Of a stretch of 64,000 bases of DNA, positions 27,398 to 39,670 are shown piece by piece. A program made the translations under genes and the position numbers. Source of the stretch: Podarcis melisellensis (Eukaryota); NCBI GenBank assembly GCA_964234715.1, contig OZ174290.1; one strand, 5' to 3'. The number at the start of each line of letters is the position of its first letter. Position 1 is the first letter of the stretch. The notes beneath the pieces were generated by a model. That model did not search any database and was not told the DNA's origin. It saw only the letters and a list, made by a program, of their open reading frames with translations.

Positions 27398-27949
27398 AAT
27401 TTTTTCAATACAAACATCAACCACAAAAGACACATACACCAAAAACCATAATAACAATAATAACACAATTTGACAATTCAGATTTGAATACACTGATATA
27501 CCCATGACTACCCCTTTTTAAACAATATTTTCCCACCTCTCTCTCTCCTTCCCCCACTTCTCACCACTTATCGCCTTATCGCTTAAATATTTGTTCCAAA
27601 TTTCTTCATATTTATCCATTCTTATTTTGCGACGACATGCAATTTGTTCGTATGTCCATATTATCAATCCATGTGCTCAATGGAATCTTTTTGTGGCTCT
27701 TCCATTTCATCAAAACAAGTTTTTTTTTTGCTTCTGATATAGCACAGTACATCCATTTTTTTGACCCCTTGAAATCTCCCATGTTTCTGGAATATAATTT
27801 AGAATTAAATTCAGTTCCCCTAAATAACAATTTATTTTTATAACTCTTGCTATAAATATCCTCGCCTCGCACCAAAATGATCTTATTGGGCAGTTAATCA
27901 GAATATGTACTAAGTTCGCATCTCCAGCATTAAATTTTATTTTTTAAAA
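27398..27949 (-). mobile_element. 5'-truncated L1-clade LINE 3' fragment
   Basis: ORF2-like EAKKKLVLMKWKS..PLSTW; about 18-bp TSD AAGTTTTGTTG(T/C)AGCCCT. Confidence 0.65.
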
Positions 27950-28222
27950 AAGTTTTGTTGCAGCCCTCACCCTCCCTCAGGCTGTGTAGAAAGTTGGAGT
28001 TGGACTGTGGAGATGTAGGTTCAAATCCCTATTGAGCCACAACCTATCTTCAATTCTTTCAACCTAACCTATCTTTGCAAGGTGATTAGAATAATTTGGG
28101 GCAAAAGTGGAATATTCCTAACTTGTATATCCTCATCCCTCTTGGGAAAAAGACAGAAAACAAATGTGATGATGACTGCCTTCAGCATGTGTTAATATTG
28201 CTTTTTAAAACTTCTTTTTCAG

Positions 28223-28300
28223 TTACCCTGCAATTTGTGAATTTTTGCAAAATAATAATTTGTTATCTGTGATTCGAGCACATGAAGCCCAGGATGCTGG
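28223..28300 (+). CDS. PPP3CC: PPP3CC exon 7 ([26 protein letters not shown])
   Basis: ttttcag| and |gtaagt, 78 nt; RAHE motif. Confidence 0.97.
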
Positions 28301-28304
28301 GTAA

Positions 28305-28523
<219 letters not shown>

Positions 28524-28833
28524 TGAGGTTATTATGAATTCTTTCCTGATGTCTTGATGTGTCCACTTTTAATAGAATCTCTAGCTCTTGCTTACCTTAT
28601 CTTTTGCTTCTTAATACTTGGTTTCTTAAAATGGACGTGGTTTGTGCTTGGGCATTCTGCCAGAAATGTTGGGTCCCCACAGATTTGCAGGAACAATTCC
28701 ATGTAAGTGGGGTACAGAAGATGTGTCATCTGAGAGGGATGGTTGGGATTTGGAGCAGCGGTGTCTGCATTCAAATCATTGCTCATTCAGAAGTTTACTG
28801 TGTGGCTCAACCTTACTTAGCTATCTTACTATC

Positions 28834-30031
28834 TTTTTTCCCCAAATAATTTTTATTAAGTTTCCATATACCATACCAAAATCATATTCATTATTCCAAA
28901 TCATACCAATACAAATCATAAAATCCAAATCCAATTATTTTGCCAAATTATAAATTTTTGTGGGGGGTACCCATGCTTCGAGATCAGTAGAAGTCCAATC
29001 ATCTTATATTTTCTGCTGCTTTGATGTTCACAGTCCCATCCTCTCATCTCCTTGTTGTTACCCTTTTTCTTCTCAGTCATCTCCGAGTTATCTCCACAAG
29101 TGAGTTGAAAGAAACAGTCTTGTTTATATTTCTGTGTGAACTTTGTAATGCTCTCCCGTAATTCATCTCACATAGATCCAATAGTCCAGAAGTCCCATTC
29201 GAGCAGCCGTCGCCATCTTATTCAGTTCCGATGAAATACAGTCTAAATGTCCGCTCGTTAATTTTCTCAGACCCATTGTATCATAAATCAGTCTTTCCAG
29301 GAGGGTGATCGCCCTTTCGAATTTACGATCCAAACCTGACACCAAAACAGCGGCTCATCCTCCCTAAGACTACAAATCTTACAACGAGGTCTGCCTCTCA
29401 ATGGTGGATCACTTTTGTAACTACGCCACAAAGAAACCCTCTCTTCTTTCCAGATCTTTTCACGAAGTAAAACCTTTTATATTTTTTTCTTTCCCACACA
29501 GTTTATTTTTCATCTCATTTGCAAGTAGTTGTTGTGACGGTTCTTCTAAGGGGGAGGGTTGTTAGGTAATCATATTAAAAAAGAAGAAAGTTTTTCCCCC
29601 TTTCCGTTCCGTTTAACATACCGAAATGTCTGTAGTTCTTTGATGCTGTCTTCTGTTCCTTCCGTCCCATCATTCATCGTCTCAGTGGTAGAATTATTTA
29701 GCAGATAATACCCTCCTGACCTCGCTCGAAGCATGTGCGTTTACTTCTCCAATTTTTTTTCCTTTTAAGCAACGCAACCAGTTTTGCTCTTGAAAGCGGC
29801 ATCCGGGAGCTCTGAGCACGCACGAGAGCTATCCGCCCAGTGCCCCCACCCCCTGCTTCTTTCGAACTCAGGGGTGATTTATGGGCAATCGCGGGCGAGG
29901 CAGCATCTTCCCACCCCCTGGGAAGACGAGGGAGACTGATTTTACTCCCCATAATCAGCCTCTAATTACCTCGTGCGAGCCAGGTAGATGATATTGTCGG
30001 CCATCTTCCAAGGCGCCCCCAGCGGCCCCCC
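28834..30031 (-). mobile_element. About 1.2-kb non-autonomous L1-like retroelement
   Basis: 20-bp TSD TACTTAGCTATCTTACTATC; 5' GGGGG..AAGATGGCCG; 3' AATAAA plus A-tail. Confidence 0.75.
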
Positions 30032-31014
30032 TACTTAGCTATCTTACTATCAATGAGGAAACAATTCATGTAACCCTCAGCTCTTTGGAAGAAGAGTGGG
30101 TGTAAATGTGATAAATACAATCTTGGAAGGACTGAACCAGAATCAATTAAATGCAATTCCTCTGAAGCTTGTATGTTAGAAATAGTTTTTGTTCTAAAGT
30201 AGTTACTGACCTAGTTTGGATTTAACACTAACCCATAGTTTAGTGTAAAGTGCACGAGGCTGCTCCCCACTCCTCCAGTGGCCATGGGGAGGAGAGAGGA
30301 AGCACCTGCTTCCATTTTCAGCTAACTGCGGTTTGTCATCCAATAACTGCAGTTAGTTTAACATACCGTGACCCCCTAGAGTATAACCTCTATCAACCCT
30401 CAACACTGGCTGTGCTGTTCTACAGCATGTGGAAGCCCCAATCTGTCCAAGAAATGCAGACTTGTGGACCGTCGTCTGAATTGTGCTTGTTTCAGCAAAC
30501 CATAGTAATAATAATTATTATTATTTTCCCCAGCCACTCTGGGCAGCTTACAACATATCAAAAAAAATAATAAAAACATCAAGATCACACTAAACAGCTT
30601 GTCCTGCTTCAGATGAAATTACAAGCAAGCATTTGTTGACTACTGAAGGAAGTACTTCCAATCTATTGATCGCAGCTGTGCTGAGGGGAAGCGACAGTGT
30701 ATGAGTCTGAGGCCTTAAAGTCATGTGGCATTAAAGCATAGGCTAGTGTTAACTTAATAATAAAATAAATTTTATTTATATGATTTCTCCCCATCCTTCT
30801 TCAGAAGACTGCAGGATAGGTAACAACATTTAATACACATTCCAAAATTTAAAAACAACATATGAAATTCACTTTTAAAACTTTTATCAGAAGAAAAACA
30901 ACACTTGTAACAGTAAATTTCACCTGATGTCTGATGGATATTTTGACATTCCTTACTGCCTCTCTCATAGAGGGTGTCTGATTTTCATAGGGATTTCTTT
31001 ACACAGCTGTATAA

Positions 31015-31245
<231 letters not shown>

Positions 31246-31699
31246 TAAAATTATTGATAAGCAAAGCAATTATCAAAGGAGCAGGAAAACAGATCCTCCT
31301 GATGCAATAGGATTGACTAGGCTGGATGTAGCCTTGGGCGGTCTGTTGCTGCCATAAAGGAGAGACATTTGTGGATTTTGCTAGCTTGCTCACTCCTGAA
31401 GCAAAGAATTTAGAAAATTCTGCAAAATTTGGCCTTCAGGCACTCAACCTTCTATTTTTAAAATATATATATATATAATAAAAAATAAGCATGTTAGTGG
31501 CCATTATTTTGTCATAGGAAATTTTCAAAATATATTGTCTCAGGTTAAAAAATCAGGGTACTTGTGTGTTTACAGCATTTATGTACTGTTTTCAGCTTTA
31601 AAAATCCTTAAATCCCCATTCAGACATGAAGCTGACTAGGTAATCTTAGACCAGTTGTACTCTCTCCGGTTGTTGTGAAGATAGGCTTGGTGAAGAATT

Positions 31700-31900
31700 G
31701 ACGTTTTTATCCCCCCAAAAGTTTTTGATTTCAGTTTCCACTGAAAGGAGGCTGCATTTTAATGTTTTAATGTTGTATTTTAATCTTGTTTTTTAAGTTG
31801 TATTTCAATCAATTGTTTTATATCGGGTGTTAGCTGCCCTGAGCCCAGTCATGGCTGGGGAGGGCAGGGTATAAATAAAATTTATTATTATTATTATTAT
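31700..31900 (+). mobile_element. L2-like LINE 3' tail with (TTA)n (other copies near 14057, 16690, 19580)
   Basis: gttagctgccctgagccc..gggagggcagggtataaataaa(tta)n. Confidence 0.6.
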
Positions 31901-32806
31901 TAAAACGGAGGGCGCATGGTATGTGCTGCATCAGACTCCTTGGAACAAAGATTGAACAAAAATGTAATAAATAGTTTATGGTGAATATTAAAATCAATAA
32001 CAAAACAACAAAACAACTGCTTGGCTACCTTGGGAGGGAGGGGTATAATAAATAAAATATTTGAAAATCAGTTTATAAAATGCAAATAATGGGAGATAAA
32101 TCTGTGTAGATGTAGTTGTACATGCATAACCTTTGTTTCAGCTGAGAGGAGTAGAAGGATTAAGTAGCTGTTCTAACATTTGTTAGGTTTTATGTAACTG
32201 AAATTTAATTTCAGTTGAGTATTTTATATATGTGTGTGTTATGTGCTCCCCAGCCTGCATTTTTATACACGTAATGTCATATTGGCATGGTTCACACCTA
32301 ACACCAAACTGTATTGCTTTGTTTGCTGTGTAAGCAGTCCTGCTTGTACACTGTCTCTGGTTCTACTGTTCTCCAATAATGAATTGGGAATTGGGAGTTC
32401 TGATGGGGAAAATTATTTGTGGACTTTAGGTTGTAGCTTGAAGGAGTTTAAGAAGCACCATAACCAGAGAAAATGGTGTTCAGGGATAAAACAGAACTTT
32501 TTAAGCGCAAGGCCTAGTTTGCTTTCAGCATCTGAACCAGCAAACAGTGTATGTTTGCCCTCCAAGACAGCATTGCAAATAACAGTTTGAAGTTGGTTTC
32601 CAATCCTACTTTGGCAGGCATTGAAACAGAGCGTGTTTGAGGAATAGGAAGAATACAAGCACAAGGTTTGTTCACGTAATAATCCATGATGTATCATCAT
32701 ATGTGAACAAGCCCATTCACATGCTGTGGCAGATACAGATACACACATAAACACGCGCACACACAAAATCTCTAATCTCTTGCCCATTTCTCATTATTTC
32801 CTGCAG

Positions 32807-32884
32807 TTACAGAGATGCTGGTTAACATCCTTAACATCTGCTCTGATGATGAGCTCATTTCAGATGGAGATGAAGCGTTGGACG
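32807..32884 (+). CDS. PPP3CC: PPP3CC exon 10 (VTEMLVNILNICSDDELISDGDEALD)
   Basis: ctgcag| and |gtaaca, 78 nt, phase 1-1. Confidence 0.95.
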
Positions 32885-34278
32885 GTAACAAAACCTTTTT
32901 ACTTTTCCAGGGCGGGTTAGGTTGGGTTGCTTTCAAGCACTTTTGGATGAAATGACATTCAAAGCTGGATCTCATTCAAAGCTGCCTTGTTCTTAGCACC
33001 TTTTTGTTGCCATCTTTTTCATTCATAGTTTAAGCTCACTGTCTTTGGCTGTTTTACAGACAATTATTTCTCTAGCATAATAAGAGCCACTCTGCGCCCT
33101 CCCTCCCACCTCCCACTTGATCCAGCAGCAGCAGTAACTTGGTATTTGTTCAGATGGAATGAAGGAGGAAAGGAGAGTTAGGAAGAGGAAGCCTGACCAG
33201 CCTGAGCAGCTGCCTTGTTCAGTTTTCATTTACATCTGCTGCTGCTCCTTACGCCCCAATAGAGATGGATGGAGTTGTGAAATTGGCTTGTCCAGATATA
33301 ATAATCAACTTCCAGTCCACTCAGTTTCACTCCTGAAAGAAATTGCACATTTTTAACTGCATAAGTACATTTGTAGATATGCACCCATCTTTTATAAGAT
33401 TAAAAAAAAAATCCCTCAGTTCCAGAAATATTCTGAGCCTGTGGGTGGCGGAGCAGCTGATCATCATGGGCCCTCTTTCGTATGCATCTGTGACAGTTGC
33501 AACAAAATGTACACATGTATTTTTGCAAAACTACTGGTCATGCTTCTGGGGGCTTTTGGCTTTCCCAAGGTTCAGCCTGAAGTGCTCGAGAAACCCACAT
33601 AACTAGTTAATGCTGCGAGAGGGGGCACAAAGACTGAACAGGCAAGGGCATCTCTATGATGCCAACTCTCTGGAAGGCTACCCAACAGTGTGCAGTGTTC
33701 AACTAGTGACAACTAAGTATGCAGGAAAACTGAAGACTACTTTTCTGATATTATTACAATTATAGGAATTTTTGCTGTCTTCCTTTGCTGCTTAATTGTT
33801 TAAAAAATACTGGCATTTTGCACTGCTAGATCAGTTCTTTTGATCATTGGTCATTGGATTGGCCTTTCCATCCTTTGCACAATCTGCAGAAATAGATCCA
33901 ACCTCCTCCTTTTTGGCCCTTGCTAGTAGTTTATAGTATTGTAGAGTTGTAAAGGACCACGAGGGCCGTCTAGTCCACCCCCCTGCAATGCAGGAATCTT
34001 CTGCCCAGTGTGGGGCTCATACCTCTGCCCCGGAGATTAAGAGTCTTATGCATCTGAGAGACAGAAGGAAAATTGATTTGTCCGCCTGGAGTCTGACAGC
34101 CAAGTGAGCATGACACAGGTGCAGAAGAGAACTACCAGCTGACCCAGCGCTAACCTTCGTGTCCCATTGCACTTAAAAAAGAAATGTTATTCCCTCCCTC
34201 CCTCCCATGGAAATTTAAATTTGTTTCTTCTATCTCTGTCTTCATCTCCTTGTTACTTGGTGTCTCCTCTCCCTGAAG

Positions 34279-34305
34279 ATAACTACATTTCAAGCTATCC
34301 GAAAG
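34279..34305 (+). CDS. PPP3CC: PPP3CC alternative 27-nt microexon (DNYISSYPK)
   Basis: Long polypyrimidine tract, ccctgaag|ATAAC...CCGAAAG|gtaccc, frame-preserving phase 1-1. Resembles the DHYIPSYQK insert I recall from the long human PPP3CC isoform. Confidence 0.8.
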
Positions 34306-35263
34306 GTACCCAGCTAGAATTTGCTAAAAGCTTAATTCTCACTGCCTGTGCCACCAGATTTCCTTGGAGTGGATTTTGAATAGCTGACTAGTTGAACAGT
34401 CTCGCCATTTCCCCCTTCTTCCCCATCAGTTTTAACATGAACGTGGTGCATTTGGTTTTTGTTTCTTTTTTCCAACCCTGTTGTGTTCCACCAGGAACCA
34501 GAGCGATGGGGGTCACGTTTCTCTTTGACGTTTGAATGCAGCCACCTTGTGCATGGCTGATCCATTGGTGCATGTCAGTTCTCCAGTTTGGCTTGTCCTG
34601 TTCTTAATGCATAGTCGGGCAATTAAAAAAGAAGATCTTAGCTTAGAGGAGATGTATTTATCATTCAGTGTACAGTTGAGCTCCCAGAACCTCCATGCTT
34701 TTCAGTCCATGTTTGGTCTGTGTAGTAAAAGGGAGTGTACTTATCCCTAGCACATTGTATTCGTTGAGGACTCAAGCAAAACCACAAGATTCCAGCCATT
34801 CCTTTGTCTGCGTCTATGCCAAAGGTGGTGCTTGTGTGACCGCTCTCCCTTCTGCAAGCACAGCCCAGCATCCTGATGTCTTCACCCTCACTTGGGCTTG
34901 TAGTTGTGTTCTTGCCTTGCAAAACTGTGTCTCAATGGCTGAGTCATTCGTGTTACATCTCATGTGTACTGTGGTCAAACATGTCTGGGCAGGCAAAGAG
35001 GTCTGCTGCTCTGATCAACACTTGTCCTACTACTTCTGGTGCTCCTACTTCCCCCTGTTTGGACTTCATCTTTGTGTGTCATTCTGTCCATCACTTGCTG
35101 CCCCTTTCATTCAGTTCATTACCATTCTATGGAATTTAGCTGTAAAGTTGTAATCGGATTTCTCTTTCCTAGAGCCAAGCAGATGCTTCATACTGGCATT
35201 GCCTGAGCCTTAGTTGTTTTCCTCCCTCATTCTTTTAAACCCTTTTTGATTTTTTTTCCTAAG

Positions 35264-35345
35264 GAGGCACCACTGCCCGTAAAGAGATCATCAGGAATAA
35301 GATCAGAGCCATTGGGAAGATGGCACGAGTCTTTTCAGTTCTTCG
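35264..35345 (+). CDS. PPP3CC: PPP3CC exon 11, calmodulin-binding domain (GGTTARKEIIRNKIRAIGKMARVFSVLR)
   Basis: cctaag| and |gtaagt, 82 nt. Confidence 0.96.
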
Positions 35346-36612
35346 GTAAGTTTGCTCACTTTGGTGAATCTCAGCTTGAGAGAGAGGGAATATCATTTTG
35401 CCAGATTGCCCTGGCTGCTCCAGGGCAGAGAATGAAAGGTTGGCAAGTCTTGGACCAGTGCATGTTAAATGTTTAAAAGTCCACTGCTACAGGACTGATT
35501 CGTGTGGGACTATCACCTGGAATTTGCACTCTCCCGGCAGGGAGTCAATTCTGTGGGAAAGACCCTACACAGTGGTGGTCTTGTAAATGTTACAGCCAAG
35601 CTGCTCCCATTGCAGGGCTGTTGGAGATGTAAAGTGTCAGTAGGGATTGTTCAGGGATTTTTTTCTTAGTACATTCATATTCCACCTTCTATCATAATTG
35701 GGGAGGGGGTACAAGACCTTTGTGGACTTTGGGTGTTTGTTTTGATCAATAGATTCCAACCCCCCCCCAAAACCCCCCCAAGATTTGATTCTTAAGTGCT
35801 GTTTTACACATGATTGGAAGCTGCCTTGTACAGTGTAAAATTGTTTCTCTCTAGCCCAGTATTGTCTGTCCAGAGTCTCAAGGCAAAGGTCTTTCCCATC
35901 ATGTGAAATTGATTCTTTTAATTCAGAGGTGGGGAATATTTTTGGCCCAGTGGACCAGACTGTTATCTGTCCCTACCCTCATGGGCCAACTTCAACATAT
36001 TGGTGGGATTAACCCACCTGTCAGTCACCTGATTCAATTATGAAGATATAAGGACAGACGAAGGACAGGTGGATGTGCCTGCATACCTGTCAAAGGTCCC
36101 TTGCCCAGCATCTTCTGAGTGCCTGACAGCCAGCTCATTGTCGCGTGCTTGGGAAGGGCAGAGTGAAGCTGGCAAAGCTGCTTTATGCAGGGGTTGACTG
36201 TCTGATGGAGCTTCCCACAGAGAACTCAGTCATGGAACCGATTCAGCTGGGTCTCTTCCTGCTCTACACCTGTTGTCAGGTGTGGGACAGGTGGCTGAGG
36301 TTTGAGGAAAAAGGCCTTTGGGGCTAAATTGGGACCCAAGGTGAGCCAAACTTGGTCCACAGGCCAGAGGTTCCTCACTTCTGTTTTTATGGGCGATGCC
36401 AGAGATGGAATTGGGGACCTGCATGCAAATCATGCTCTGTTGCTGCCCTGTCTACAGGCCAGCAAATATGTGCTCAACAGGGAGGTGTATCCAATCCCAG
36501 ATCTAAATGCAGCTTTATGGCTCACATATTTACAAACGTAACAATTTCACGCACATTAAAATGTTTAGCAGTTCCCTAAAAAGATCTTGAGTGTGCAGCT
36601 GAGGAAACCTAA

Positions 36613-36928
<316 letters not shown>

Positions 36929-37124
36929 GTATATGTGCAGGATAAGACCAGGTGTGACGTGTTAAGGATCATCTAGGTTTTGTGGGGGAGTCACTGATAT
37001 TTCCACTGCTGCCTCCCCTTCCCCTTCCCCTTCACAGTATCTGCAGTTCTGTCACCAGAAAAGATGGGCTTTAGATGTCCCCATAAGCTTACAGGCCTTT
37101 AACTCTGGCACTGAATGGGGGGGG

Positions 37125-37282
37125 GGGGAGAAGCTCAGTTGGTGGAGCATGGGACTCTTAATCTCAGGGTTCTGTATTTGAGCCCCACGTTGGGCAAAAG
37201 ATCCCGGCATTGCAGGGGGTTGGACTAGATGACCCTTGTTATCCCTTCCAACTCTACAGTTCTTTTATTCTATTATTCTGTG
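37125..37282 (+). mobile_element. tRNA-head/CR1-tail SINE (related copies at about 21155-21300 +, 33935-34055 -, 53598-53738 -)
   Basis: agctcagttggtggagcat..ttaatctcaggg tRNA-like head plus cccttccaactctac CR1 tail. Confidence 0.7.
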
Positions 37283-37891
37283 AATGAAGCTTAGAGGAGA
37301 ATAATAGGAGAGGCTGAGAACACTTGGACTATTTAATAGAAACCTGGCAATGGGACTTGAGGGAAGGATTTCGTCCAAGGCATTTGTATGATGTTGTCAT
37401 AGCTGGTGATCTTGCTGGGAATAGAGACTTGAAACTTGCATAGTGTTCTGGAATCTGTTCTTTGAACAACTATTCAGATTTCATCTCTTTAACAGCAGTT
37501 GCCCTTTAGACTTCTGCTGCTGTGTAAGAGCATGTACAAATGCCATCAGCCTGCTTTTTTGTTCCCTCCTGTACTAAGCCCATCTGTTCTCAGTGCTCAC
37601 ATTGAAAACGAACAGCTGTGAGTTTGAGATTCTCTTTCTGGGTAGGTTTTTAATATGGACATTTATGCTGGTGTTTCAACTTGTGTGTCCTTCTCAGACA
37701 ACTTGGGCTGGGCCACAGGCACCCAGACCACTTTTTCCTTGGCTTTTTATGTCATTTCATTCTTGTCCTTCATGGACTGGAACTAATCTGTGCACAATTG
37801 CCAGCTCCATATACACCCATTGCAGTTTTGATGAAGAGAAAACAAAACTTAAGTTTACACTGTTGCACTGAGGCACTCTCATAGCTGTATA

Positions 37892-38238
37892 AAGGTAAAG
37901 GTAAAGGTACCCCTGCCCGTACGGGCCAGTCTTGACAGACTCTGGGGTTGTGCGCCCATCTCACTTAAGAGGCTAGGGGCCAGCGCTGTCCGGAGACACT
38001 TCCGGGTCACATGGCCAGCGTGACATCGCTGCTCTGGCGAGCCAGAGCTGCACACGGAAACGCCATTTACCTTCCCGCTGGTAAGCGGTCCCTATTTATC
38101 TACTTGCACCCGGAGGTGCTTTCGAACTGCTAGGTTGGCAGGCGCTGGGACCGAGCAGCGGGAGCGCACCCCGCAGCAGGGATTCGAACCGCAAGTCCTA
38201 GGCGCTGAGGCTTTAACCCACAGCGCCACCTGCATCCC
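37892..38238 (-). mobile_element. Sauria SINE
   Basis: Reverse (ACCTTT)n tail aaaggtaaaggt; TSD AGCTGTATA. Confidence 0.88.
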
Positions 38239-39433
38239 AGCTGTATACCAGATGTTAAAACTATTAAGCTGTTTCTGGTTGTAGATCATTCTTTCCTACC
38301 CTCTAGTATAGTGCCACAGCCAGGTTTAGCATCTACTGAAAGAGATAAACTGATGAAATTAGGTGGATGAGTGCAATAGGACAAATCCACAAACAACTAT
38401 TTAAAAAGAAAGAAAGAATCTAGGCAAGGGGTACGAGCAAATACCAGGAAGAGAAAGACATCACAAGACTTGGGTTGAGATTAATTAGCTCAGCATTTTA
38501 GGACTCTAGCACACGCACAGTTGATCTTAAACAGGCAACTTATGAGATGTGAATCTGAGATTCTGCTTGCAAGCAACCAGCCAGCCAGCTTTGGCCAAAT
38601 GTGTCTGCAAGGAGGCCCATGTGCACCATCAGGTCAGTGCAGCTTGGATAGTACTCCCAAATCCCTATATAGGCTTCCTGGTCAGACTTGCTCACAGGTC
38701 TGCCCAGTAGGAGATCCAGCTCTTACTGCTCTCTGTTGGCTTTGGGCTACAACTTCCTTGCTCTTGCTTGGCCTTTGCTTCATCCTGCCCTGAAACTGAC
38801 ATACAAGCTTATACCTCCTGAATTGAGGTAAAAGCATTTGTACACAAACACGTGTACAAATAGTGACTCATCATGTTGTGCAGTGTTGGAATTTGTCCCT
38901 TCCTTTTGTGAATATCCGTGGCAGATCATACAAGCAGCAACCCCAAAACCTACCAGTCTGGATGCATCTTTAGGGAGTCTTCTTCATGCATCATTGTTTG
39001 CCTGTACACACTTCCCCATAAGAAAAAGTTTTAGAGAAGGCCATTCTTTTTCAATGGCATTTAGTATTGTGACTGTCAATAGCTGATACAGTTCTGGGGT
39101 TTTTTCACACCTGCCAAAACCAAAGCAATCAAGAGATCCCAGCAAATCTAAGAACTCAGCTTTCTTAATGTTGAGATAAAATTGCACACCCAAAATCTGA
39201 AGTGTTGGGAAATTGTGAATATTTGCAAATATTTTTTCAGCTCCAGTGTATACTTCCTGTTTTGTCACATGTACACTCTTCCAGAACAGCACACTTGCTT
39301 TTTCCTACATTAAGGTGATATTGTGTTAAATTTTGTTAATCTACTGCAGATAGTACTGAAGGTCAAGCTTTGTGGGCAATCATGACTGGTTGTGAGGTCA
39401 GCAAATGAGTTATAGCAACATGTCTCTCTAGAG

Positions 39434-39670
39434 CAGGGGTCAGCAAACTTTTTCAGCAGGGGGGCCGGTCCACTGTCCCTCAGACCTTGTGGGGGGCCGG
39501 ACTATATTTTTTGGGGGGGGGAATTAATGAATTCCTATGCCCCACAAATAACCCAGAGATGCATTTTAAATAAAAGGACACATTCTACTCATGTAAAAAC
39601 ACGCCGATTCCCAGACCGTCCGTGGGCTGGATTTAGAAGGCGATTGGCCCAGGCCTTAGTTTGCCCACCC
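39434..39670. mobile_element. hAT-Charlie-like MITE
   Basis: CAGGGGTCAGCAAACT ... AGTTTGCCCACCC ends at a TCTAGAG site. Confidence 0.6.

Noticed and set aside
37125-37200. tRNA gene-like sequence (also near 21155 and 53700)
   Set aside because: Degenerate SINE heads fused to CR1 tails, not intact cloverleafs.
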